Origin: Squalus acanthias
Lineage: Eukaryota
Reading direction: 5' to 3'
Length of the DNA: 64,000 nt
Assembly: GCA_030390025.1 (NCBI GenBank)
Contig: CM059432.1
Location: 17,176,001 to 17,240,000, forward strand
Numbering within the stretch: position 1 is the first letter of the stretch; each line of letters opens with the position of its first letter. Shown here in pieces: positions 12,282 through 23,928 of the stretch. The notes below the pieces were generated by a model. That model was not told where the DNA came from. It did no database searches and saw only the letters and a program-made list of their open reading frames with translations. The position numbers and the translations under genes are program-made.

Positions 12282-13347
12282 TAGAGTGGTTACAGGAGTG
12301 CTCTGTTAATTGAACCTGAGGAAAATATCTCGGAATGAAAGGGAAAAGCTAGTCTGATGGGAGGTTTGGCTTGGGCAAGGGAAAAGGGGAAGCAGAGGAA
12401 GATGAATAGATAGTTAGAAAGAACTTGCATTTATATAGTGCCTTTCATGACCTCTACATCTCCTAGTGCTTCATGCCAAAGTATTGTTCTGAGGTGTAGT
12501 CACTGTTATATTGTAGGAAAATGTAGGGATCACCTCTATCTTGGTGGCAATAAAGTCCTTGAGCTCCTGGTATTTGTTGGAGTTGAAGTTGGAGGGGAAA
12601 AAGGACAAGTGAAAGGAGTTTGAGGAGGCATTTGGGAATGGAGAAAAGAAACCAAGGTGTATCTTTGCTCTCCATGATGATCCTAGTGTAAAATTGAGGA
12701 AATTAATGTTTGAAAGGGGAAATTATAGAAAATAATTACAGGCAGAAAAAATAACACAGATGTAACACACTATATAGTATTTTGTATGTATTTGGAATAT
12801 ATATTTATATATATTAATTGTCTTGAGACTAAATTTTGAAACGTTTGCTATGATGTCGATTGTTCTGTCCCTAGTAAAGAACACACTAAAATTCAAGTGC
12901 TGAAGAATGTATAATACATGAATTTATGAAAATTATTCATTTGAAGGATTTCAGTTCTGAGCTTCACTTGTCTCATGGTAGTTCAAAGTGTATCTAACCA
13001 TATTTACAACGCACTTTTTTTTGTTCAAATATTTTGATATCATATGCACCACATTTAGGGATAAGATTTTGTATCAGATGGTATAAATCCTACATAGTGA
13101 TGTAGCTGTTATAGATTGAATAATTTCTTGCCACAAAACTACCAAGTGGAGGTGGGAAACAGTTGTGGTGCTGAAACAAAAGGGTGGATAACATGATTTT
13201 TTAAATTAGCCTTTTTAAGAGAAAAAGAATGATAAACTGCAAACATTGAAATGAAAGAAATAGCAGGTTTCTGTTTGATTTTGTATTTTTTTTTACAAAG
13301 CTATCAGTACTGCACTAAATCATGAATTAAACACTTCACTGTGCTAG

Positions 13348-13487
13348 GTCATCTGATACAAGTGGAAGAGGATGAGAATACAAATCCAAGATTATGGTGT
13401 GCATTAAGTGAAGGAAAAGTAGTGCTCTTCAATGCAGCATCCTGGTCCATTCAGCAGCATTGCATTCAAGTGGGCAACTCAAAATTG
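13348..13487 (+). CDS. DENND3: DENND3 coding exon (WD40 region)
   Basis: CTAG| acceptor; (G)HLIQVEEDENTNPRLWCALSEGKVVLFNAASWSIQQHCIQVGNSKL; donor |GTGAGT; 140 nt, phase 1-0. Confidence 0.92.
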
Positions 13488-13859
13488 GTGAGTTTAAAAA
13501 AAAAAGTTTAAAAAAAAGTAAAACAGAGGGTATTAAAGGCAGGTGAAATACAATATGGAAAGGAATTTGGGCAAATGCAGAATAATCCATCGGTGGTGTG
13601 AAAGGTCATAAACTGCACAATCATGTTGAGATTATTGGAAGGATGCACTTTAATGCCCCTGTTGTACTATAGGCCTTGTGCTAAGTCAGTTACTGGGATA
13701 CAGCTTGAAGGATTTGATTATAAGCTATTGTGAGGCAACATTTGGAATATTGTGTGGGGGTACACTATGGGATAAAATCCGACTTGGGCGGGGATGCAAA
13801 GCAGGCGGTATTGCATCTGCCGCCAGTTATATGCGCCACCGCGTATTCTGTTCCATTGA

Positions 13860-14018
13860 TATAACGTCTCATCCAAAAGACAGCAGCTCTGACAATGCGG
13901 TGTTCCATTAGTACTACACTGAAGTGTCATCCTAGATTATATGCTCAAATCCCAGGAGCTTGAATCCATGATGTTCTAACTCAAAAGTGTGAGTGCTACC
14001 GCTGAGCCAAGGCTGACC
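13860..14018 (-). mobile_element. Degenerate DeuSINE 5' fragment
   Basis: Reverse-complement similarity to the head and Deu domain of 11825-12281. Confidence 0.55.
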
Positions 14019-14429
14019 TTTAACTCGGAATGAAAGACTGATGTTTGCTGCAATATGAAGAATATTGTCCTTAAAGCAAGAAAATTCAGGTCCACATCAA
14101 AAAATATCCAAATTGCACAGCCTTTGTTTCTTTCCCTGCTGAAAATCCGGTATGGGGATGTGTGAGCGTTGCATCTATGATGTCAGCATAGCAGATACAG
14201 CATGCAATGTGTGTGCTGATAGTAATGTGATGTGCGTGCATCTCCAGACCTGAAAATTCGGGAGGAATTCGATTTAAAAAAAATATATATATCACCTTAA
14301 AAAAAAAATCCGGGAATTTGTCTCTGGAAATAGGTAAAAACTGATTTTGATGATCTTAACAAATGCTATTTAAATCAGGATGGATTCTGAGCTGCTGGGC
14401 CCATGGGAGTGAATGTCATGGAAAACAAT

Positions 14430-14500
14430 TTTTTTTTTTATTCGTTCATGGGATCTGGGCGTCGCTGGCAAGGCCAGCATTTATTGCCCATCCCTAATTG
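14430..14500 (-). mobile_element. 3' tail of the 7595-10666 LINE family (or its SINE)
   Basis: Reverse complement of GGGATGGGCAATAAATGCTGGCCTTGCCAGCGACGCCCAGATCCCATGAACGAAT plus poly(A). Confidence 0.75.
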
Positions 14501-15314
14501 GTCAGAACATTAATTGCAAGGTCAGATAGATGTTTTGGAGTTCTGCTTGATCAGGGAAAACAGCACAGAATCTTCCCTGTGGAGACAATACGTTAAATGA
14601 AGATTAATTTAGTACGTTATACGTAGTCTGCAAAAGGAAAGGATTGAAATAGCATTTCTTATTCCATACTTATTAATATTTCAGTTGTTGATCTGGCGTT
14701 CCAGAATTGTTTGGATCACCACTTGGAGAAGATGCCAGTGATGTGCAACCACTATAGTATAATTCCATATTTGAGCTCTATGCAAGTTTTTGAGTGTGCT
14801 TGTGGAGCTCTTCCTTTTTCGCCCCCTAGTCAACAATAATGCGAGTGAGGAAGCAATAAAATAGAGCTGCCTGCTTGTATTGCCGTTTTAGCTGCATTTG
14901 ATATTTTGTTCCAGTACCAGGTGACTGTCCATTTAATTGTTTTAATAAAACTATGCTTAATTCAGAATACCTGCAGGACTTTTTTTTGTTGTTCAAAATA
15001 CTCTCCCATTTTATACTGATGAGATCTGCAAAGTACCTGGCCGGTATTATAGTTTCTGAGGGTTGGCTATCAAGTGGGTCTAAAGTTGTGGCCCCATTGA
15101 ATGAAACCCTTCTGGTGTTTACAGGGTTGGTAACATCACAGAGTAGCTTAGCAGGGAGGGAGAGTCTAATCTGGCTGGTCTAACTTTCATAAATGTCCAA
15201 AAATTACAGTATAAAATGTGAATACTTGGAACAAAATGTACTCTAATAGACTTGCCTTCCCCTTTAACGATGCATTAATGAATCGTGCTGGTAATGCATT
15301 ATTTCTAGTAGTTG

Positions 15315-16339
15315 TGTAAAGGAATGAGCCAAACCTATTCAGAAAAATACACCATCCTATGAACAGAATTCTGATTTTATTAAAACATGACAAACTGGGT
15401 TTAAAAATCTAAAAGCCTCAACGTCACAAAGCTGTAAACACCATACAGACTTTTGAGATAAAGATTGGTTATTGACACTGAGACAATGGCCTATTGAAGA
15501 AGCAAAGAGTTGGTTCCAAGGAGTCTGTAGTTTGGAACCAACACAATAGCAATGCCCAGTTTAAAGTGTTAAAAATTAACATGTCGAACAGAAACACAGA
15601 ACAGCTGAATTAACCGTAAGAATTGAAAGAAGTTAACAGAGGTATGGCTAGAGATAATTAGCTTACATCAGCAGAAAACTTCAAAGGATAAACCACTTAA
15701 AAAGGTATAAAAATAGAGCTTTTCAGATAGAAAGTCAGAAGTCGCTGGAAAGGCAAGCGATTCTCAACTTGAGGCAGGCTCTGTAAGTTCTTTAACCCTT
15801 TGAGTCTTGGGTAATCAAGGTATTTGATTTTGGTGGATATTCTGGATTAAGAAATAAGTAGAAGTGAGGAAATGTAACGAAGTTAAGATTTGAGAGTAAG
15901 GATCTCTGATAAGAAATGTAAGCTATTTGTATTTTGGACTGTTAAAGTTGCGATTGAAATCAACAGCTGTTAACTACATGTCGGTTCTTTAATAAATCTA
16001 TATATTTTTTAAATTATCTGAGTATTTCTGTATCAATCTCGCAAACTCAATTTCTGTACACTCTTCTGTGAGGAGTTGCAGAATTCTGGGGGTTTTTCCA
16101 GACCCTCATAATATCCGGAAGGTTACAGTCTAGTTAAACTTGTTAAAAGTGCTATCCGGAGGACGATAACATCTTCAGGCCGTTCCTTTCCTTTAGGGAG
16201 AGATAGTCTGACCTTTAGATGCAATTAAGCGTCTTATAGGATTCGGCTATCTCTAACTTTAGTTGAAGGTGAACGTCTGGAGAATACGCCTGATCTGGGG
16301 TAGCCCGAAAAGGGGCTCGGACTTGCAATTATCCCTTCA
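15315..16339 (+). mobile_element. Solo LTR (ERV-like, foamy-like layout), copy 1
   Basis: TG...CA ends (TGTAAAGGAAT...ATCCCTTCA), GTTG on both sides (15311-14, 16340-43), TATAAAA at 15706, AATAAA at 15991; homologous to 18996-20208. Confidence 0.8.
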
Positions 16340-16398
16340 GTTGAAACTCTTGTATTCTACATTGAAATTAGCTGCTTATATTTATCATTTATTTTCAG

Positions 16399-16559
16399 AA
16401 CTGTATTCTGGGAGTGGAGTTCAGCCAAGTTTGGATTGGTTCACAAGATTCTTCTATTTACATAATAAATACTCGCAGCATGTCCTGCAACAAACAACTG
16501 ACTGAACACTGCACTGATGTCACTGACATGGTCTTGGAGGACCGGGGCTCAAAGTTCAG
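16399..16559 (+). CDS. DENND3: DENND3 coding exon (WD40 region)
   Basis: TTTTCAG| acceptor; [53 protein letters not shown]; donor AG|GTATAG; 161 nt, phase 0-2. Confidence 0.92.
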
Positions 16560-16757
16560 GTATAGTACCTTGAACAAGTATGTTCCTACTGCCTGGAAGT
16601 TTAATTTATAGCTTTGAAAATTTCAGCATTTAAAGCTAAGATATGAATAATGAATGAATTAATATTGGATGTGGTAGTACTTTAGTAAGCATTTATTGAT
16701 AAGTTTGTATTAAACAATTAAGTTTTGGTTAAACTGAAAATTCTCTTGTATTTCTAG

Positions 16758-16900
16758 TCAAAAGCAAGTGTATTCATGCAGTCTAGATGGAAGAGTCATT
16801 TGCTGGGATGTGAGCACTTTAGAGATAAAGACTAATTTTCAGTTGCCCAACTGCCACAAGTTAACTGCCATTAAACTCCACAATTATATGCTCTGGTGCT
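16758..16900 (+). CDS. DENND3: DENND3 coding exon (WD40 region)
   Basis: TTTCTAG| acceptor; (S)QKQVYSCSLDGRVICWDVSTLEIKTNFQLPNCHKLTAIKLHNYMLWC; donor T|GTGAGT; 143 nt, phase 2-1. Confidence 0.92.
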
Positions 16901-17055
16901 GTGAGTATTAAAGATACTTTTTTTTAAAACTTCTCCGGCAATTTGCATGAAGGACAAATTGAGGGTATCGATAGTATATTTATTTAAATTGCATAAAAGA
17001 TCCTAGTGCCTAATTACAAATCAGATGCATTTTAATGTGTTTTATTTAACACGCA

Positions 17056-17252
17056 TACAAAAGCAAAATACTGCGGATGCTAGAAATCTGAACTAAAACT
17101 GGAAATACTCAGCAGGTCAGGCAGCATCTGTGGAGACAGAAACAAAGTTAACGTTTCAAGTCGATGACCTTTCGTGAAACTCTGTTAACTCTGTTTCTCG
17201 CTCCACAGATGCTGCCTGACCTGCTGAGTATTTCCAGCATTTTCTGTTTTTG
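17056..17252. mobile_element. Fold-back (inverted) derivative of the PLE terminal repeat
   Basis: Left arm ...GGAAATACTCAGCAGGTCAGGCAGCATCTGTGGAG... is the reverse complement of the right arm ...CTCCACAGATGCTGCCTGACCTGCTGAGTATTTCC. Confidence 0.8.
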
Positions 17253-17406
17253 TCATAATTAACAATTGTATGCTGCATTTTATTTAAATATTCACTTAAA
17301 AATTGATATGAAGGATGTTTCCTTACATACTGTGCCTTATATATTTCCACCTAAATGTTTGTCTGTGGCAATAATATTGCAAGCACGTCTGCCTCGACTC
17401 TATTAG

Positions 17407-17525
17407 GTGTAGGAGATGCACTGCTGGAAGTGAAAAAAAATGGGCAGCTGTTCCGTAGGGTGATGTTACTGGAAAATCCAAAAGGAAGCCACGTCTCTTT
17501 TAGCTGTTTCCTTGTCTTTCCTGAG
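17407..17525 (+). CDS. DENND3: DENND3 coding exon (WD40 region)
   Basis: TATTAG| acceptor; (C)VGDALLEVKKNGQLFRRVMLLENPKGSHVSFSCFLVFPE; donor GAG|GTAGGT; 119 nt, phase 1-0. Confidence 0.88.
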
Positions 17526-17798
17526 GTAGGTTAAAACAGTGAAATAATTTATTTCTAATTAGCTAATTCTGGTTGAGTCTTGTTCTTTGTTTGATTTTTC
17601 ATAAACTAAAACCTCCATTCTCCAATATGGAAACAAGATAATTCATTTCCTTTTAGAAATACAAGAGCTATACAGTAACTGTACTGAAGCAAAAGCTTTC
17701 CTTACATTTTGGAACTGTTACAGTAAACAAAATTCTCTTCCTTGAGTGAAGATAATTGAGGATCAAGCCAGCCCATTTGTGGACTTATTTAACACATT

Positions 17799-18651
17799 GG
17801 GGGAAAAATTCGGTTGCTCTGTGCCTCCTGTTAGCGCAAAGCAACTAGCGCCCGGGCGCGGCGATGTTTGCGCCGCTCGCGAAATTGACCAGACAATTTT
17901 GCGGCGGCGCTAAACACTACCGCCACGATCTCCTGCGCCCGCAGATCGTGACGTCAGTCGAGTGTGCAACGCCTCGGACCAGATATTGAGTGGTGCCCCC
18001 TGCCTTACCGCCTGCCGCTAGCAACGACAGGTTGAGGGGAGCGTTTTGCAGTCGGGAAGGGACTGGGGGAGTGCTATTTAAAGGCGACCGCTTCCTGCCT
18101 TTTTTTGTCGGCGACATTTTTGCACCACGCATTCTGAGAGAGAGAGACTTCTGGAGAGATTCAACGCCGTGTGAAGGAGTTTTGGGTACTGAGCAGCACT
18201 TTGCAGGTTCATTTTAATTTGACCTTCCTCGCATCGATTTAGAAGAGACTGTGGGAGCTGCACTCTGAGCTCTTTCCCTGGGCCTCTCCATTGTTCTTTC
18301 CAGCAGATTTGATGTACAGGTCTCTCCAGGTCGAGATTCAAGGCTGCAATGAGCAGGGTGTGGATGGAGAGCAAGATGGACCCTCCCCTTTAAGAACTGG
18401 CCGGTGCCAGTGTGTCTGTGTTCCATTGCTGACTGGCATCAAATGAGCTTCGCCAGCGCTCTGAGGTAGCGCCTCGCTCCTCAGCGTTAGCGCCTTAAGA
18501 GAGGTGTGTAGTGCCTGATTTAGTGCTCCAATCACCTCCAGGGGCAATAAAAGCCAAGTTTGCAGTCGGAGGCGATAATTAGCGCCAGGCGCTAAACTTT
18601 GCGCCCAGCCAATAATTGCGCACCAAATGGGGCGATACCGAATTTCTCCCC
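17799..18651. mobile_element. Non-autonomous TIR element (unclassified MITE)
   Basis: TIR GGGGAAAAATTCGGT / GGGGAGAAATTCGGT; CpG-rich arms with repeated TAGCGC/GGCGC motifs; no clean TSD. Confidence 0.65.
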
Positions 18652-18995
18652 AATTATCTTTTCACTAGAGTAACCTGCAAAATCAGTGGGTGTGCCATTG
18701 GGGATAGAAATATTTCATGCTTCTGTACATGTGTACCCTAGATGATTTTCTTCACTGGGGTGGTGGTAGTTCTTATTGATATATGGAGGTTAATGTTAAG
18801 ATTGCCGAAAAATGTGCCTACTGTGTATTTTACCATTTTTCTTCATTCTCACCTCATTCACCGATGGGTTTGTTGGCAAGGAACATTTCCCCTCTCACAA
18901 CTCAGTACATAGCATCTTTTATTTGCTAGCTCTACAAGTTCATTTTTGGTGTGTATATAAGAAGTTTTAAGAACCTGAAAAAGTTATAGACCAAC

Positions 18996-20208
18996 TGATA
19001 GGATATTTACTAGTCCTAGCCCCTTTGGGGCTATCCCGGATCAGGCGTATTTCTCAGACGTTCACTTTCAACTAAAGTTTGAGGTAGCCGAATCCTAAAG
19101 ACGCTTAACTGGGTCTAAAGGTCCGGGCTATCTCTCCCTAAAGGAAAGGAGCAACCCGAGAATGTTACCGTCCTCCAGATAGCACTTTTAATAACTTTAG
19201 CCAGGCTGTAACGTCCCGGATATTATGAGGGTCCGGAGATCTCCTTCAGAAATGTACCTCTCCACCAAAGAGTGTACAGAGATTGCTTTCGCGAGTTATT
19301 GATACAGAAGGCTTATGCGAGACAATTCTAAAAATATATAAAGATTTATTAAAAGAACCGACATGCAATTTGCAGTTGGTGAATCAGTCAATTGCAACGT
19401 TAACAGTTCTAAAAAGAGAAAAAATACGATCTTTCTAACAGAGAATCTTACTTTTAAATCTTAACTTCGCTACAGTATTACAGTTCTTAAAATTTTCTAT
19501 ACAGAATATTCATCAATATCAAATTACCTTCGATCCCCGAGGTACAAAGAGTGAAGGATTACAGAGCCGCCTCTGTAGTCGAGAATCGCCTTGCCCGATT
19601 AAAGCAATTCTGATATCCCATTTGAGACTTCAATATTTATACCCTTTTTCAGTTGTATCCCATAAGGTTTCTGCTGATCCAAGTTAATTATCACTATTCA
19701 TCTTTCTGCTGACCTCTGCAATTCTTACTGCTACATCGGCAATAGTTATTGGGAGTTTTTAACCATATAGGTGTGAAGGCAGATGTCCCTTATTTCACGT
19801 GTCATCTTTACGAGGGCAGATGTTCCTTATCTTATGTGCCATCTTTAAGAGGTTTAATTTAGATCACTTATCCAGGGTTGACCATTGTTCTGTTCCCAAA
19901 AGGCCAGCCACTCGGAGCCACCCATTCTTCTGTTTCAATAAGGTTATTTATTCAGGGTCAATAACTTGTCCTGTTTCAAGAGCCAGAATTCTTTCATAGC
20001 TATTTCATAGTTAGGTTTCTAAATTTCCAAACCTGGTTTGTCATGATTTAAAGAATTTATAAGGTAGAGTTCCTTTATAAGGTACTCTTCAGGGTCAACC
20101 ACTGTCTTATCTTAGCAAGGCCAGAACTCTTTCATAAGATGGTGTCTTTTTCTAAAAAGACTATATAGTATATTTTTCTAAAAAGGTTATATAGTATATT
20201 CCTTCACA
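18996..20208 (-). mobile_element. Solo LTR, copy 2 (inverted relative to copy 1)
   Basis: On -: TGTGAAGGAAT...ATCCTATCA; CAAC on + at 18992-95 and 20209-12; TATAAAT (19635-41) and AATAAA (19345-50) on -; tandem repeats in the U3-like part. Confidence 0.8.
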
Positions 20209-20479
20209 CAACAAGCCAATGTGCTCTGTTTTCTATCCTTTAACCAACTTCCTATCTATACTGTCGCCTTCCCTTTAATACCATGTACTTTAACTTTATC
20301 AACAAGCTTCCTATGCAACATCAAATATTTTTCCAAAATTCATGCCCGCAACCTCCACTAAAATTTCCTTTTATCAATACCATCTGTTATTTCCTCAAAG
20401 AGCTCTATTAAGTCCAAGGAATGGAGACTTGAATGTATCTGGTGTACAATTGGTTTAGAAGTCCATCAATAGATATGGC

Positions 20480-22360
20480 TGGACCACATCAACCACTATT
20501 GGGCCTCTCTCTCCTCTGCCAAAACTACCCACTACTCCATGATCATCCAGGAGAGCAAAGAAACATCCTGGTAATGTTCCCTTTCGTTTGAAAACCACTG
20601 TCATCACCCCTTCCTCAAAACCCCCTCCTTTAGCCCTTCTATCTTTGCAAACTACTGCCCTTCTCCAAAGGTGCTATGTAAATACAAGTTGTTGTTGTTA
20701 AACACCCTGCTGGAATTTCTCCAATCAGGTTTCTACCCCTGCCAAAACACTAAAATGGCCCTAACCAAAGTAACAAGTGACATCCTCTGTGACTTTGACC
20801 GTGTGCAGTATCCCTTCCCATCCTCCTTGACATCTCTGCAGCCTTTAATGCGGCTGACCACACCATCCTCCTCCAAAGCCTTTTCTTTGTTGTCCATCTC
20901 AGTGGGATTGCCCTTACTTGGTTCCATCTTAGCAATTCGATCTTAGCCAGAGCATCTCCAGCAATGGCTTGCGTTTCCGCCTCCATGCTGTTATGTTAAG
21001 CCCTCAGCCTGCTCCTCTTCATCTACATGCTGTCCCTTGGTGACATTATCCATAAAACTGTGGTCAGGTTCCACATGTATGCTGATGATACACAGTTCTA
21101 CCTCTGCATCATCTCTCTCAACCTCTCTAATTCCTATGTTGTCAGACTGATTGTCTTGGATGAGCCTTCATTTCCTCCAGCTAAACTTTGGGAAGATAGA
21201 GGCCATTGCTCAGCCCCGTCACAAGCTGTGTAGCCTTGCTACTGATTCCATTCCCCTCCCCCTCTCCACCCATTGGCTCACATGAAAAAGACTGTTTTCA
21301 GCCTTCTCATTCGACTCGAAGCTGATCTTCTGACCTAATATCCTTCAATTACAAAGACCGCCTACTTCCACCTTTGTAACATTGCCCACTTCCATCCCCA
21401 CTTCAGCCCATCTACTGCTGAAGCCCTCATTTGTGCCTCTGTCACCTCCAGTCTCAACTATTCCAATGCTCACCTGGCTGGCTTCCCATCCTCCACCCTA
21501 CGTAAACTTTAGCTCATCCAAAACTTTGCTGTCCATGTTTTATCCTGCACCAAGTCCCTGTCCTGGCTGACTGACTTCGTCTCCCAGTCCCCCAATGCCC
21601 CCAATTTAAAATACTCATCCTCATGTTTAAATCCCTTCATGGCCTCCCCTCTTCCTTGAACCTCATCCAAGCTTACAACCCCCTCCCTGAACTCTCCGTT
21701 CCTCTGATTCTGGCCACATGTACATCCACCCTTCCCTTCGCCCCACCATTGGAAGCAATGCCTTCAGCCATCTAGGCTCCATGTTCTGGAGTTCCCTTCC
21801 AAAAGCCATCCGCCACTCCATCTCCCTACCACCTTAAAAATTCACTCCCTCCACCGCTGGCGTACCGTGGCTGCAGTGTGTACCATCTACAAGATGCACT
21901 GCAGCAACTCGCCAAGGCTTCTTCGGCAGCACCTCCCAAACTGGCGATCTATTCCACCTAGAAGGACAAGGGCAGCAGGCGCATGGGAACACCACCACCT
22001 CCAAGTCACACACCATCCTGACTTAGAAGTATATTGCTGATCCTTCATTGTCGCTGGGTCAAAATCCTGGAACTCCCTCCCTAACAGCACTGTGGGAGTA
22101 CCTTCACCACATGGACTGCAGCAGTTCAAGAAGGCGGCTCACCACCACCTTCTCAAGGGCAATTGAGGATGGGCAATAAATGCTGGCCTTGCCAGCAACG
22201 CCCACATCCCATAAACGAATAAAAAAACCCCCACATCTTTGACCAATCCTTCGTTCCTTGTTCCTAATATCTCCTTTAGCCTGGCATCCATTAAAAAAAA
22301 AATTACACCTCTGTAAAGTGCCTTGGAATATTTTTCTATATGAAAGGCACTATCTATAAA
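20480..22360 (+). mobile_element. Degenerate L2 LINE interrupted near its 3' end by a CR1-group LINE fragment (~21840-22228)
   Basis: FHMYADDTQFY RT motif (~21070), L2 tail GTAAAGTGCCTTGG..GAAAGGCACTAT; the inserted piece matches the 3' end of the 7595-10666 family. Confidence 0.75.
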
Positions 22361-22364
22361 TCAT

Positions 22365-23345
22365 TAGAAACATAGAAACATAGAAGATAGGAGCAGGAGT
22401 AGGCCATTTGGCCCCTCGAGCCTGCTCCGCCATTCGATGAGATCATGGCTGATCATCCAAACTCAGTACCCTGTCCCTGCCTTCTCCCCATATCCCTTGA
22501 TGCCTTTAGCCTTAAGAAATATATCTAACTCCTTCTTGAATATATTTACTGACTTGGCCTCAACTGCCTTCTGTGGTAGAGAATTCCACAGGTTCACCAC
22601 TCTCTGGGTGAAGAAATTCCTCCTCATCTCTGTCCTAAATGGCTTACCCCTTATCTTTAGACTGTGACATCTTGTTCTGGACTCCCCCGCCATCGGGAAC
22701 ATCCTTCCTGCATCCAGTCTGTCTAGCCCTGTTAGAATTTTATAAGTTTCAATGAGATCTCCTCTCATTCTTCTAAACTCCAGCGAGTATAAGCCCAATT
22801 GACCCAATCTCTCCTCGTACGGCATTCCTGCCATCCCAGGTATCAGTTTGGTGAATCTTCGCTGCACACCCTCCATGGCAAGAACATCCTTCCTCAGATA
22901 AGGCGACCAAAACTGCACACAATACTCAAGGTGTGGTCTCACCAAGGCCCTGTACAGCTGCAGCAAGACATCCTTGTTCCTATACTCAAACCCTCTCGCT
23001 ACGAAGGCCAACATACCATTTGCCTTCTTAACCACCTGCTGTACCTGCATGCTTACCTTCAGCGACTGATGCACAAGGACACCCAGGTCTCGTTGCACTT
23101 CCCCTTCTCCCAATCTATTGCCGTTCAGATAATAATCTGCCTTTCTGTTTTTGCCACCAAAGTGGATAACCTCGCATTTATCCACATTATACTGCATCTG
23201 CCACGCTTCTGCCCAATCACCCAACCTGTCCAAATCATACTGGAGTTTCTCGGCATCCTCCTCGCAGCACACACGCCCACCCAGCTTTGTGTCGTCTGCA
23301 AACTTGGAGATATTACATCTCGTTCCCTCGTCTAGATCATTAATA
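22365..23345 (-). mobile_element. CR1 LINE (HER1-like) 3' fragment, uninterrupted ORF end
   Basis: 269-aa ORF with LYRALVRPHLEYCVQFWSP and FFTQRVVNLWNSLP; (TTTCTATG)n tail. Confidence 0.93.
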
Positions 23346-23790
23346 ATTAGAAATACATATTCAAGTTAAATAAAACATGCAATGTTCAATAAAATTAAAG
23401 AAAAAATTAATAAAATTGTCAATGTCAGGCAAAGCCTGGCAGATTGGGAAAAGAAGCCTGGCTAATAGTAATGACTTTAGACCTTCTGTAAACTTGGCAA
23501 TGTTGTAAGCATTTAATTTTAGAAAATGGACGTGTTTGCAGCAACCGATCAAATCACGAGAAAAGTACCTCATTCCATGGGCCAGTCAGCTCACTGGAAG
23601 GTGACGCTTGTGCATGTACTTCACGCGTCACATTTTTACACTTGATAGATTACTGTGTTAGTAGCGACAGAAGCTGTTATCTTGAACTCGTGGATAATGA
23701 TGCTAACCTCATTTTTTTAAGCTGCATCAGCCAGTAATGACTGTCCTAAGTATTTTCTCCTTTAATATTTCATTCATATTCTCTCATTAG

Positions 23791-23928
23791 AAAAATCAAC
23801 TGGTGACAGCATGTGCTGATAAAGGAGAAGTTTGTGTTTGGGATATGAAGAATCTATCGAAACCCTGGCAAAAGATTCAGCTTCAGGACTGCAACAGTAT
23901 TAGTTGTATGATATTTGTCAAAAAGCAG
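23791..23928 (+). CDS. DENND3: DENND3 coding exon (WD40 region)
   Basis: CTCTCATTAG| acceptor; KNQLVTACADKGEVCVWDMKNLSKPWQKIQLQDCNSISCMIFVKKQ; donor CAG|GTAATA; 138 nt, phase 0-0. Confidence 0.92.

Noticed and set aside
15089..15314. Alternative LTR 5' end at GTTG|TG (15085-15090)
   Set aside because: The 15315 start (TGTAAAGGAAT) matches the terminus of copy 2 (TGTGAAGGAAT); the 15089 start does not.
16300..16323. Helitron-like 3' hairpin end
   Set aside because: Homology between the two copies continues to a CA terminus with a 4-bp duplication, which fits an LTR.
17056..17252. Long hairpin as a miRNA precursor or a classical DNA MITE
   Set aside because: Arms derive from the Penelope 3' repeat, and the related copy at 32055 has a 13-bp TSD; no miRNA evidence from sequence alone.
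22463..23272. 269-aa ORF as a host gene
   Set aside because: It is the C-terminal part of CR1 ORF2 in a 5'-truncated copy.
23600..23632. Small intronic hairpin GTGACGC...GCGTCAC as a snoRNA or other ncRNA
   Set aside because: Short stem only; no convincing C/D or H/ACA arrangement.
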